Below, in pieces: positions 12,705-22,283 of a DNA stretch of 64,000 nucleotides. The notes under the pieces were generated by a model. That model was not told the origin of the DNA, ran no database searches, and was given only the letters and a program-made list of their open reading frames with translations. Position 1 is the stretch's first letter. Every line of letters starts with the position of its first letter. Made by a program: the position numbers and the translations under genes. The DNA is from Acidimicrobiales bacterium (GTDB lineage Bacteria > Actinomycetota > Acidimicrobiia > Acidimicrobiales > Bog-793): NCBI GenBank assembly GCA_050015175.1, contig JBEKBX010000015.1:76463-140462 (forward strand), written 5' to 3'.

Positions 12705-12751
12705 GTGAGCGAGCCGCCCCGGGCACGCGGCCCGGGAGCGGCTCGGCTCAC
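12705..12751 (-). terminator. Long GC hairpin between fliC and fliD
   Basis: GTGAGCGAGCCGC...GCGGCTCGGCTCAC outer stem (one bulge) enclosing a CCCGGG..CCCGGG inner stem. Lies between the fliC stop and the fliD SD. No U-tract. Confidence 0.5.
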
Positions 12752-12773
12752 TATTCCTTCTCCGCTTCCGCCG

Positions 12774-13595
12774 TCAGATGAGCTTGAGGGCCAACTGCGG
12801 GAGCTGTTGGGCCTGGGCCAGGACCGAGATGCCGGACTGTTCGAGGATCTGCAGGGAGGTGAACTGCGATGTCGCCGAGGCGACGTTCACGTCGACAAGG
12901 TCCGCGTGTGCCGAGGTCAGGTTCTGCTGGGCGACCGTGACGTTGTTGGACAACGCCTGGATCTGGTTCTGCGAGGAACCGACAGCAGCCGCGTCGGACG
13001 CCAAAGTGTTGATGGCGGACTGAACGGCGACCATCGCCGACTCCGCGCCCGCTACCGAGCTGATGTCGAAGGTCGCACCGGAAAAGAGCGCGCTCCCCGT
13101 CGTGTTCGCAAGGGTGACGGTAACCTGATCGGCACTGCCCGCCGTCGGGCCGACCTGGAAAACCAGGGACGTGGCCGAGCCGTCGAGGAGGTTGGTTCCG
13201 GCATAGGTCGTCGACGATGCGATCTGGTTGAGCTGCGCGATAAGGGAGTTGAACTCTGCCGCGTCGGCGGCTCCGCCGGTCCCAGCGGTCGTGGTGTTGG
13301 CTGCCTGGGTCGCGATCGTGTTCGCCTGCTGGAGGATGGCCTCCTGCTGGTTCATCGCTCCCTGGGCGGTCTGCAGCACCGAGACCGCGGTCTGGGCGTT
13401 GCTCTCGGCGGCGCCGTAGCCGTTGATCTCTGACTGTAGGGACTGGGCAATCGAGTAGCCCGCCGGGTTGTCGGCTGCCGTCTGGATCTGCAGACCGGAG
13501 CTCAGCTGACCGACGACGCTGGACAGCGCAGTGTCCGTGGCGTCTAGGTTGTTCTCCGCCCCGAGGGCGGCGACGTTGTCATTGATGAGCAGCAT
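12774..13595 (-). CDS. fliC: Flagellin (273 aa)
   Basis: N-terminus 'LLINDNVAALGAENNL...GLQIQTAADNPAGYSIAQ' and C-terminus 'SLQILEQSGISVLAQAQQLPQLALKLI'. AAGGAGGA lies 7 nt upstream of ATG 13595. The 363-aa track ORF start was rejected. Confidence 0.9.
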   Translation of the reverse strand: MLLINDNVAALGAENNLDATDTALSSVVGQLSSGLQIQTAADNPAGYSIAQSLQSEINGYGAAESNAQTAVSVLQTAQGAMNQQEAILQQANTIATQAANTTTAGTGGAADAAEFNSLIAQLNQIASSTTYAGTNLLDGSATSLVFQVGPTAGSADQVTVTLANTTGSALFSGATFDISSVAGAESAMVAVQSAINTLASDAAAVGSSQNQIQALSNNVTVAQQNLTSAHADLVDVNVASATSQFTSLQILEQSGISVLAQAQQLPQLALKLI

Positions 13596-13602
13596 TTCTG
13601 TG

Positions 13603-13661
13603 TCCTCCTTGACTGTCGTGGGCCGGTAACCGCACCGGTCCTCTGATGGCCTTCCTTGGCC
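13603..13661 (-). promoter_or_regulatory. fliC 5' leader with two GGA elements (CsrA-type site architecture, tentative)
   Basis: On the minus strand, GGCC-AAGGAA-GGCC (13648-13661) places GGA in a hairpin loop. The SD AAGGAGGA (13603-13610) supplies a second GGA. Confidence 0.3.
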
Positions 13662-13836
13662 TGTCAATGCAAACGACCGGTTCCCCTCTGGTCTTGCCTG
13701 ATTCGGTGGAAAATTCTCTGCAGGCCGTGCGCGCCTCCCGTGGCGACCCGATGGCAGTCCGAGTTGCGACGGCGTCGTTAATAGGGAAACCGGCACCCGT
13801 GAGGCCCAAGCCCGCGAACACGGCACTGGAGGATGA

Positions 13837-16800
13837 GTGGCGCTCGTTTCGTTGTGCATGATCATGAAGAACGAGGAGGACGAACTTCCCCTCGTGATCG
13901 CTTCCGCGGCCAGCCTGGCCGACGAGATCGTGATCTACGACACCGGCTCGACCGACCGATCCGTCGCTCTGGCACGCGAGCTCGGTGCCACCGTCGTCGA
14001 GGGGTACTGGGACGACGACTTCTCCCGGGCCCGAAACGAAGCGCTCGAGCACTGCAACGGAGATTGGGTCCTCTGGCTCGACGCCGACGAGGCTGTCCAC
14101 GGCGACAAGGCCGCGTTTCGTGCACGACTTGCACGCGAGCGGACCTTTGACCAGTACGCCGTATCGATCGAGTCCCTCGAAGGGCGCGGGCTCGGCGGGC
14201 GATCGGCTTTCAGGGCCGCGCGCGTGTTCCGCCGGGAGCGGTGTCACTGGTTCGGACCCCTTCACGAGCAGATCGGGCTCCGGGGCAGTGACGCACGCCC
14301 CGCTACGACCGTCTGCTCGGAGCTGCGCATCCTCCATCGCGGCTACACGAGCCTCAAGTGGAAGTCCAAGGACCTGACGGAGCGGAACCTGCGGATCGCC
14401 CGGAGCGCCCTCGACGACCCCGAGGTCGATCACTCGAGGGCGCTGTACGACTACGGTCGCACCCTGGCTGTGGGCGGCGACCCTCGCTCGGCGATAGCGC
14501 CGCTGCGGGAAGCTGCCGACACGACGACGTTGCCGATGGTTCGGCGGACTGCCTTGCGGACGATCTTTGACATCCACCTCCGCTTCGACGCGTTCGACGA
14601 GGCGTCCGCGATAGTCGAAGAGATGCGTCTCCTGCTCACCAAGACGATCACCGCCGACATCATGGACGTCAGGCTGCTCTTGAGAAGGAAGGATTACGAG
14701 GCCTGCGTCGAGGCGATCGAGCGCCTCCCCTTCGCCGACTGCGACGAAGACGGGTTCGAGACCGGTCGTGCCTGTCTTGCCTGGGCCAAGGCAGAGGCTC
14801 TCGACGCCCTCGGCCGTCCCGACGATGCGGCCGATGCCTTGCTCGACGCGCTGCGCACGCAGGGCCAGCTCGACGTGAGCCTCGCAAGTCTCGTAGGGCT
14901 GCTGCACGAGGCCGGCCGGAGCGCCTCGGAGATCGCCCGAAAGGCGCGACCCGAGTCCATGCCTGTCCTCGTCGCGACGGCAACTCGTCTTCCCGCGCCT
15001 GAGGCAGACGAAGTGCTGGCGTCGTTCGCCGAAACCTACCCGGAGCGCCTGGAGCCCCTCGCCGCGGCCAGTGACCTCGCCGCAGGCCTGGGCGTGCCGA
15101 GAGCGATGTGGTGGTCGGACCGTTTCCGGCGTGCCGGGCTCGGCGAGATGTGCCCGCTCGTGACGATCACCCGGGACGAGACGCTCGAGCCTTTGTTCAG
15201 GCTGCTCGCTGCCGCAGGCGGCTACCTGTCCTTCCGGGACCAGCGCCTTGTCGCGCCGGCACGCGCTGGCCTCGCGGCCATCGGCGCCGAAGCCCGATCC
15301 GCAGCGATCGAGCAGGTGAACGCCATATCACCCGAGCTCGCAAGGCTCCTGTCGAGCACCACCCAGGCCGTCCGCTTGTCTCGCCAGGGAACGACCCTCG
15401 ATGGCTACCTTTGCTACGCGACGCGGCCGGGCACCGCCGCCCAAGTGGTGGACCCTGGCGTCCTGCCGCTCGGGGTCGCGACCGTTCACGAGCTCGTGGC
15501 CGAGGACGTTCTTGCCTCGATCCGCCACGACAGCGCGGGCGCGGTCCTGGAGGAGTGGGCGCGTGTCGTCTGCGACGGTGGCTGTCTCACGCTCAGCGTG
15601 CCGAACCTCGAAGCGGTCCCCGACCTCCTCGCCGATGGTCGTTCGGCCGAGCTCCGTCGGCTCCTCTACGGCGGGCGCCGGTTCGGCGAGGCCGGCAGGG
15701 ACGAGGCCAACGCGGACGCCTGGTCGCCCGTGGAGCTCGAGCACACCCTCGCCAGTGTCGGCTTCGTGGTCGAGGAGATCGACGCCGGCGCAATGATCAC
15801 CGTGTCCGCGAGGCGCACGGCGGTAGTGGCGAGACAGGCAGTCGGCCAAGCGCCGCCGGTGTGCGTGCTCGTCATCTCCACGGGCGGCGTCGGCGCCCTG
15901 CTCGGCCGGCTGCGGGCCCTTTGTGAGACGGACGCCGGCGTCGACTTCGAAACGGTCGTGCTCGTCAACGGGCCCGACGAGCCTTCCCGCGCGCTCGTTG
16001 CAGCCCTCGAAGGCGACGTGACGGCCGTGGCGAGCCCGGTCGTGCTGGACCCGGCAGCCGCCTTCGACGAGGCGGCGCGGCTCGCCCGGGCCGATACCGT
16101 CGTCGCCCTTTCCCCGCGCGCCCGACCCGTCGACGGTTGGCTCGCGCGTCTTGTCGCCCCTCTCGGCGACGCAACGATCGCGCTGAGCAGCGCTGCGGTC
16201 ATCGACGAGCGCACGCTCGTCGTTCACGCGGGCTTCGACGTCCTCGGAGACTGCGCGAAGCCGTCCCTCAACACCGCGCCGCGCTCTTCGTACCTGCGCG
16301 CCGAGGCCGCGCTCGGGTCCGATGCGGACGTAGACGCCGTGGGAGCGGAAGCCGTCGCCATGAGGCGTGAGCTTTGGGAAACGCTCAAAGGCCTGGCCCC
16401 AGGGTGGTCGGAGAGCGACTCGGTGATCGACTTGTGCCTCCGAACGCGCTCTTCCGGCCTGCGATGCGTCGTGGCAGCCGGCTGTGCCGTGATGGCAGAC
16501 CCAGCGGACGAGGATGCCTCGAGCCGCGAGCGGCTGGCGTGGTACTGGGCCGGGCGCACCACCTTGCGGCCCCCACAGGCACGACGCGTGTCGGCATCGA
16601 GCCTGATGCCTTCTTCGACGCTCATCGAGCGTGTCTCCACGGTGATGGCAGTGCCGGCCGTGCCGCGCCCCGGCGGGGTGAACCTCGTGGGCGACTTCGC
16701 CGACTCCCGCGTCCTGTCGTATGCGACCGCCCTGTCACGAACAGGCGGGCGCGTCTCGCGACTGAATTGGGTAGGTGGGCTCCCCTCGCCGCTCGGGAAC

Positions 16801-17769
16801 GACACCCCCTTTGCCTACTCCACCACCTTGCTGGCTCTCGACGGGGACCAGCTCGTCGACTACGTCGGCGAGGTGGGCCTCGACTCGCTGCGCAACCGGC
16901 GGACGATCGTCGCCTGGGAGTGGCCGCTCGCTCGGCCGCTGGCGAGCTGCTCGGCGGAGGCTTCGATGGTCGGCGAGGTCTGGGTCCCGAGCACGTTCTC
17001 CGAAAAGGCCCTCAAGTCGGTGACGCAGCGGCCGGTCCTCTGCGTCCCGCCCCCCGTCATAGTCCCTCACGAGGCGTCGCGGAGCGACGGCCGCCTGCCC
17101 GAAGGCTTCGTGTTCGCGGCCGTTGCCCGGCTCGGGCGCTGCAGGCCTGGGGACGAGGCGCTCGCCAACCCTCTCGACACGATCGAAGCCTTCCTGAGCG
17201 CCTTCGCACCGGGGTCCGGCCCGGTCCTCTGCGTCGTCCTTCACGGCCGCAAGACCCAGGCGATCGCCGAGAACTGCAGGCTCTTCGCCAACGGGCGCCG
17301 GGACGTCCTCGTTATCGAGACCGACGACCCCGCGGTCGCAGATGCCGCGAGCGTGAAGGCGGACTGCCTCGTCTCGCTCCACCGCGCGAGCGCCTTCGGA
17401 ACCGACATCGCACGTGCGATCTCGGTGGGCTGCCCCGTCGTGGCGACCGCCTACGGCGGACCGATGGACTACCTCACCGAGGAGTATGCAAAGCTGGTGC
17501 CCTACAAGCTCACGACTAGCAGCGCCGCGGCGTACCCCTTCCCGGCCGGGACCGAATGGGCGGAGCCCGACCTGGACGCCGCTGCTGCTGCGCTACGCCT
17601 GGTTCACGACGACATCGCCGAGGCGCGGCGCCGTGCTTGGCAGGGACGCATCGCCGTGACGCGGCTATGTGGCCCGAAAGCGGCGGCCCGTGCACTTCGA
17701 CGACGGCTGGACGAGCCTTCAGTTTGCCCGGTTGAGGCCCCTCGGACCCGGGCGGGAGCCGTCCGCTAG
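13837..17769 (+). CDS. 1310-aa multidomain glycosyltransferase (GT2 - helical repeats - methyltransferase-fold remnant - GT2 - GT-B)
   Basis: N-terminus 'VSLCMIMKNEEDELP...IVIYDTGSTDRS...WVLWLDADE' (GT2 DxD). 'LEEWARVVCDGGCLTLSVPN' (class I MTase-like). 'VCVLVISTGG...VVLVNGPDEP' (second GT2). 'GCPVVATAYGGPMDYLTEE' (GT-B). GTG start. Divergent from fliC. Confidence 0.8.
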   Translation: MALVSLCMIMKNEEDELPLVIASAASLADEIVIYDTGSTDRSVALARELGATVVEGYWDDDFSRARNEALEHCNGDWVLWLDADEAVHGDKAAFRARLARERTFDQYAVSIESLEGRGLGGRSAFRAARVFRRERCHWFGPLHEQIGLRGSDARPATTVCSELRILHRGYTSLKWKSKDLTERNLRIARSALDDPEVDHSRALYDYGRTLAVGGDPRSAIAPLREAADTTTLPMVRRTALRTIFDIHLRFDAFDEASAIVEEMRLLLTKTITADIMDVRLLLRRKDYEACVEAIERLPFADCDEDGFETGRACLAWAKAEALDALGRPDDAADALLDALRTQGQLDVSLASLVGLLHEAGRSASEIARKARPESMPVLVATATRLPAPEADEVLASFAETYPERLEPLAAASDLAAGLGVPRAMWWSDRFRRAGLGEMCPLVTITRDETLEPLFRLLAAAGGYLSFRDQRLVAPARAGLAAIGAEARSAAIEQVNAISPELARLLSSTTQAVRLSRQGTTLDGYLCYATRPGTAAQVVDPGVLPLGVATVHELVAEDVLASIRHDSAGAVLEEWARVVCDGGCLTLSVPNLEAVPDLLADGRSAELRRLLYGGRRFGEAGRDEANADAWSPVELEHTLASVGFVVEEIDAGAMITVSARRTAVVARQAVGQAPPVCVLVISTGGVGALLGRLRALCETDAGVDFETVVLVNGPDEPSRALVAALEGDVTAVASPVVLDPAAAFDEAARLARADTVVALSPRARPVDGWLARLVAPLGDATIALSSAAVIDERTLVVHAGFDVLGDCAKPSLNTAPRSSYLRAEAALGSDADVDAVGAEAVAMRRELWETLKGLAPGWSESDSVIDLCLRTRSSGLRCVVAAGCAVMADPADEDASSRERLAWYWAGRTTLRPPQARRVSASSLMPSSTLIERVSTVMAVPAVPRPGGVNLVGDFADSRVLSYATALSRTGGRVSRLNWVGGLPSPLGNDTPFAYSTTLLALDGDQLVDYVGEVGLDSLRNRRTIVAWEWPLARPLASCSAEASMVGEVWVPSTFSEKALKSVTQRPVLCVPPPVIVPHEASRSDGRLPEGFVFAAVARLGRCRPGDEALANPLDTIEAFLSAFAPGSGPVLCVVLHGRKTQAIAENCRLFANGRRDVLVIETDDPAVADAASVKADCLVSLHRASAFGTDIARAISVGCPVVATAYGGPMDYLTEEYAKLVPYKLTTSSAAAYPFPAGTEWAEPDLDAAAAALRLVHDDIAEARRRAWQGRIAVTRLCGPKAAARALRRRLDEPSVCPVEAPRTRAGAVR

Positions 17770-17839
17770 GCCACAGGCAGCCGAACTGTCGCAGGCACCA
17801 TGCCGGTACCGAGAATTCACGAGAAATTTCCCGATTTTC

Positions 17840-17936
17840 GTCACTCTAAGTGACTGAACCCCTACTAATCGCGCGCACCACATGATATTCTGTTCCAGTC
17901 ATAAGACCGCTGGACCTGACGGCTGGAGCCCGTCAG
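17840..17936 (+). promoter_or_regulatory. Inverted repeats in the AT-richer region upstream of fliA
   Basis: GTCACT-CTA-AGTGAC (17840-17854) and CTGACGG-N7-CCGTCAG (17916-17936), seen directly. Confidence 0.3.
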
Positions 17937-17977
17937 CTCCTTGTGGAGCAGCTGGGCTCCTCCGTCTCGCCACTGGC

Positions 17978-18811
17978 ATGGACGCGAAGGAGGTGTTCCG
18001 GTTGGGCGCTCGCACTCGGTCGGCACACCCCCGACACGAGACGCTCGACCAGATCTGGTCGGCGTACGCGAGCGAGAGGGACCTCGTCCATCGGAACGAG
18101 CTCGTCGTCGCGTACCAGCCACTCGTCAACGAGACCGTGCAGCGGCTCCCCTCCTACATCCTGTCCTACTGGGAGCCCTGCGACCTGCGCAGCTTCGGGC
18201 AGGACGGCCTGCTCCGAGCGATCTCGCGTTGGGTCGACCCGGACAACTCGAAGTTCGACCAGTACGCGCGCCGCTGCATCAGGGGAGCGATCTTCGACGA
18301 GCTCCGGCGGCTCGACTGGATGCCGCGATCGGCCCGCCAGCGCGTCATCTCCTACAGGACCACGTACGACTCGCTGGTCGGCGAGCTCGGGTGCAACCCG
18401 AGGCCGGAACAGGTCTGCGCCGCCATGGGACTCACGGGTCGGCAGGCAACCGAGCTCATGAGCGAGCTGAACTCGTCCCAGCTGCTGCATCTCGAGGGCC
18501 GGGCGGCTTCACAGTCCAACAACGAGAGCAGCTTCGTCGAGGTCATCTCCGACGAGAGCGCCGAGCCCGAGACCGAGGTACTGGCGTCGGCCGAGTCAGA
18601 GGCGCTCCAGGCCGCGATGGAGACTCTCGGCCCGCGCGAGCACACGGTCCTGTACCTCTCCTTCTTCGCGGGCCTCACCCAGGAACAGATCGGTCTCATC
18701 ATCGGAGTGGGTGGACCGCAGGTGTGCAAGATCCATGGCGCCGCGCTCCGCAAGCTGCGCTCGATCCTCGGTTCGAGCCGCACCGAGATGGAGGAGGCAC
18801 TCGCCAGCTGA
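17978..18811 (+). CDS. fliA: Sigma-28-type (FliA/WhiG family) RNA polymerase sigma factor
   Basis: 'RNELVVAYQPLVNETVQRL', 'FDQYARRCIRGAIFDELRRLDWMPRS' and region 4 HTH 'LTQEQIGLIIGVGGPQVCKIHGAALRKLR'. Start is uncertain (ATG 17978 or TTG 18002 after AAGGAGG). Confidence 0.85.
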   Translation: MDAKEVFRLGARTRSAHPRHETLDQIWSAYASERDLVHRNELVVAYQPLVNETVQRLPSYILSYWEPCDLRSFGQDGLLRAISRWVDPDNSKFDQYARRCIRGAIFDELRRLDWMPRSARQRVISYRTTYDSLVGELGCNPRPEQVCAAMGLTGRQATELMSELNSSQLLHLEGRAASQSNNESSFVEVISDESAEPETEVLASAESEALQAAMETLGPREHTVLYLSFFAGLTQEQIGLIIGVGGPQVCKIHGAALRKLRSILGSSRTEMEEALAS

Positions 18812-18937
18812 ACAGGCAACCCTTCACCGGTCCCCTCTTCGGTCCGCACGCCGGCTGATTGCCGTTTGGTAGCTCGCAGGACGTAGTAAACACCCTGACT
18901 GGACACACAAGCGTTTCGAGCAAGGAGGACGACGGAC

Positions 18938-19042
18938 ATGTCCGACGATGTCGTCGATCTGGTACACCGGCTCCTGGGTCTCGGCATCGGCTCGTTTGCC
19001 TCGCCAATGGTCACGTCGGGAAACGGCGGCGGCCCACGATGA
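18938..19042 (+). CDS. Candidate 34-aa leader ORF coupled to the DUF1643 gene
   Basis: AAGGAGGA lies 8 nt upstream of ATG 18938. Its stop overlaps the downstream start (ATGA at 19039-19042). Below the ORF-track size cutoff. Confidence 0.3.
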   Translation: MSDDVVDLVHRLLGLGIGSFASPMVTSGNGGGPR

Positions 19043-19587
19043 CCATCGTCGATGACAGGGCGACCCGTTCCTGGTCGATCTCCGACTGCGCCCGCTACCG
19101 GTACTCGCTCACCCTGAGATGGGGTTCCGGGGAGCGCTTGATCACCTGGGTCCTCTTGAACCCGTCGATGGTCGATGAGATGGTCGACGACCCGACGACA
19201 CGGCGAGTCGGTGAGTTCTCCCGCCGTTGGGGCTACGACCGTCTCGAGATCGTCAACCTCTTCGCCCTGCGGGCCGTCCGGCCCGAGGAGCTGTCAAGCG
19301 TCGAGGACCCCGTCGGACCCAAGAACCTGGCGTTCGTACGCCACGCGATCACCAACGCCGAGCTCGTGGTCGTCGGCTGGGGCGACGGAATCCAGCACGC
19401 CGTCTCGCAGCCGGAGACGCTCGACGAGGTCGTCCGCCTTCGCCGCGCCAACACAGCGATGCTCTGCTTCGGCGTCACCGAAGCCGGGCACCCCCTCCAC
19501 CCCGGATCCCTGGACCGCTCGAGCATCCCACTCGTGTGGACGCCGCAGAGGGCACCGCTGAACAAGCCGTTCCCGACGGCTTCCTAA
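19039..19587 (+). CDS. DUF1643-like protein
   Basis: 'ITWVLLNPSMVDEMVDDPTTRRVGEFSRRWGYDRLEIVNLFALR' matches my recollection of the DUF1643 core. Confidence 0.65.
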   Translation: MTIVDDRATRSWSISDCARYRYSLTLRWGSGERLITWVLLNPSMVDEMVDDPTTRRVGEFSRRWGYDRLEIVNLFALRAVRPEELSSVEDPVGPKNLAFVRHAITNAELVVVGWGDGIQHAVSQPETLDEVVRLRRANTAMLCFGVTEAGHPLHPGSLDRSSIPLVWTPQRAPLNKPFPTAS

Positions 19588-19644
19588 CCCGGCCGCCCCG
19601 GCCTAACGCCGTCGCGGGCCGATCGACAAAGCGCTCCGCCGAGC

Positions 19645-22206
19645 TCAGCTCCTGAGGGTGGCCTGGTGCCCGCTCTCCACGGCGCGGATGCACTGCATTC
19701 GCAGATCGGCCACCTCCCCGTCGGTCAAAGTCCGGTCCAGGGCGCAGAAACGTAAACGGTAGGCCACAGACCGCGAGCCCTCGCTCACGCCTGCTCCCCG
19801 ATAGACGTCGAAGAGCTCCACCGATTCGCACAACTCGCCGGCGGCACTGCGGAGGGTCGACTCGACGGCGGCTGCAGGGACCGAGTCGGCCACGACGAAG
19901 GCAAGGTCGACATCACTCGAGGGGAAGCGGCTCACCGGACGCGCGACGAGGGGCCGGCGGGGAGCGGCGGCAAGCTCCGCGAGGTCGAGCTCGAGCCAGC
20001 CTGCTCGCGGCCGCGCCAGCTCATATGCCTTGAGCGTCTCCGGGTCGACTTCACCGACGACGCCGAGCACGGTGCCACCGGCCACGATCTCAGCCGTCCG
20101 CGCCGGGTGGAGGCCTGGGAGGGCAACGGGGCGGAGCTCGGCCTCTTCGAGCCGGAGCGCGTCCGCGACGACGCGCCAGGCGTTCAAGGCGGCGACGGCG
20201 TCGTCGCCGACATCGGCGAGAAGGAGCCCCACGAGCTCCCACTCGTCAGGCAGTTCACAGGTCGTCCCGGTGCCCGGTCCGTCCGCCGGGCCCGGACCTG
20301 AATCCTGGCCCGGCGGCGTCGGTTCGCTCGGCAACGCGAAGACGTCACCGATCTCGAAGAGCCGCAACCACGGATGGCGGTGGCCGACGTTGTGGCGCAC
20401 AGCCCTCAACAGGCCCGGCAAAAGGCCCCCCCTGAGCACGGACTCCTCCGCCACCATGGGGTTCAGCAGCGGTACGAGTTGGCTTGTCACTCCCCCACGC
20501 AGCTGGTCGCGCGCCTCGACGATGGACATCGTCCAAGCCTCGTGCGCCCCGAGCCCGGCCAGGACCCGCTTCAGCCGGCGCCGGAGGGACTGCAGGTCGG
20601 TGAGCCGCCCCACGTAGGGAGATCGGCGCTCGGTCGTCGGCAGCTCCTGGTAGCCGATCCGCCGCGCCACCTCTTCGGCGACGTCTACCTCCCGGCGGAC
20701 GTCGGGGCGGAACGACGGCACTTCCACCTCGACAAGGCCGGCCGCAGCGGAGTCGGTGGGCAGCCTGGTCACAAAGCCGAGCGGTTCCAGGAGACGTCCC
20801 ATCTCGGCGTCTTGAAGTTGCGTCCCGAGCAGGGCAGCGACCCGCTCGGTCCGGACCGGGATCCGCCTCGGCACGTACTCGACCGGGTTGGCGTCGAGCA
20901 AGCCCGCTGCGACCACTGGCGCGGCGGCACCTGCCGCGCGCGCCGCAGCGACCACGAGCTCGCAGAAACGCAGCGCCGCGCGCTCCATGCCTCGCGGGTC
21001 CACGCCGCGCTCGAAGCGCACGGAGGCCTCGCTCCTCAGCCCGACGCGCCGCGCAGTCCGGGCGATTGCCAGCGGAGCGAAGTATCCGACCTCGAGCAGC
21101 ACACGCGAAGCCTCCGCCGTGATCTCGCTCGACTGGCCGCCCATTATGCCGCCGATGCCGACCGGGCGATCGTCGGCGTCGCAGATCACGCAATCGCTGC
21201 CAGCGAGCGGGTCGTCAGTGCTGACGGGCTGAGTCCCGAGCGCTCGGGTCACCCCGTCGAGGGTGACGAGCTCCTCACCGGGGCGTGCCGCCCTTACCCG
21301 GAGCCCGTGGCCCCCGAGGCGGTCGAGGTCGTATGGATGCGTCGGCTGACCGAGCTCCAACATGACGTAGTTCGACGCGTCGACGACGGCATCGATCGGC
21401 CGCATCCCCGCCAGCGTCAGGCGGCGAGCGATGACCGCGGGCGAAGCCACGTCGGTGACTCCGACCAGCACCTTGCCGATCAGGCGATGACACAGCTCGG
21501 GCGCCAGCACCTCGACGCTCGCGTACGAAGCGGCCGGGCCCGGGCCGTGCTCGACGACAGGCTCCGGCAGCTGCAGCGGCAGGCCCAGACGAGCGGCGAC
21601 GTCGCGCGCGATGCCTGCGACGCAAAGGCAGTCGGGGCGGTTGCCCTCGATGGCGAGGTCGAAGACGACATCGGGCCCGAACGCGGCGCCCAGGTAGTCA
21701 GCGAGCGGGAGCCCCAGCTCCAGTCCCCGGTCGGAACCTGCGGAGAACTGCACACCGGCCGGACCGTCGTCCCGGCCGAGAACCAGGATTCCCCCTTGAT
21801 CCTCCGACAACCGCAGCTCGCGCCCCGAGCACAGCATCCCGTTGGAGACGACGCCGCGCATGCGCCGCTGCTCGATACGGAACTCCCCTGGCAGCACCGC
21901 ACCCACCGGAGCGAACGGCACGACGTCCCCGACCTCGAAGTTCCAGGCGCCACAAACCACCTCGACTGGTTCGGGCCCGCCCGCGTCGACCACGACCCGG
22001 CGGATCTTGTCCGCCTTGGCGATCGCGGCGATCTCGAGGACGCGGGCCAAAACGACGTCTCGCAGACCTTCGCCGACTTTCTCGATCCCTTCCACGACCA
22101 GGCCGAGCGCGTCGAGGTCCGCTGCGAGCGCGGCAACTTCCGCGCGATCGTCCGGCCGCGTCTCGAGCGGGGTCAGCTCCCGTAACCACGACAGTGGAAC
22201 GCGCAC
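19645..22206 (-). CDS. pheT: Phenylalanine--tRNA ligase beta subunit
   Basis: 853 aa with 'MRVPLSWLRELTPL' N-terminus. Lies immediately downstream of pheS. Confidence 0.95.
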   Translation of the reverse strand: MRVPLSWLRELTPLETRPDDRAEVAALAADLDALGLVVEGIEKVGEGLRDVVLARVLEIAAIAKADKIRRVVVDAGGPEPVEVVCGAWNFEVGDVVPFAPVGAVLPGEFRIEQRRMRGVVSNGMLCSGRELRLSEDQGGILVLGRDDGPAGVQFSAGSDRGLELGLPLADYLGAAFGPDVVFDLAIEGNRPDCLCVAGIARDVAARLGLPLQLPEPVVEHGPGPAASYASVEVLAPELCHRLIGKVLVGVTDVASPAVIARRLTLAGMRPIDAVVDASNYVMLELGQPTHPYDLDRLGGHGLRVRAARPGEELVTLDGVTRALGTQPVSTDDPLAGSDCVICDADDRPVGIGGIMGGQSSEITAEASRVLLEVGYFAPLAIARTARRVGLRSEASVRFERGVDPRGMERAALRFCELVVAAARAAGAAAPVVAAGLLDANPVEYVPRRIPVRTERVAALLGTQLQDAEMGRLLEPLGFVTRLPTDSAAAGLVEVEVPSFRPDVRREVDVAEEVARRIGYQELPTTERRSPYVGRLTDLQSLRRRLKRVLAGLGAHEAWTMSIVEARDQLRGGVTSQLVPLLNPMVAEESVLRGGLLPGLLRAVRHNVGHRHPWLRLFEIGDVFALPSEPTPPGQDSGPGPADGPGTGTTCELPDEWELVGLLLADVGDDAVAALNAWRVVADALRLEEAELRPVALPGLHPARTAEIVAGGTVLGVVGEVDPETLKAYELARPRAGWLELDLAELAAAPRRPLVARPVSRFPSSDVDLAFVVADSVPAAAVESTLRSAAGELCESVELFDVYRGAGVSEGSRSVAYRLRFCALDRTLTDGEVADLRMQCIRAVESGHQATLRS

Positions 22207-22283
22207 TTCCTCGTCTCCTCAAACCTCGTCTGTGGTGCCTTCCGGCACCGTGTCTCTGCCGGACGCCGCATCGGGCCAAGGGC

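Noticed and set aside
13596-13836. Sigma-28 (TAAA-N15-GCCGATAA-type) promoter upstream of fliC
   Set aside because: I found only weak partial matches (TTAA ... GCCATCGG with 22-nt spacing; ACCGAATC without a -35). There is not enough to call a promoter.
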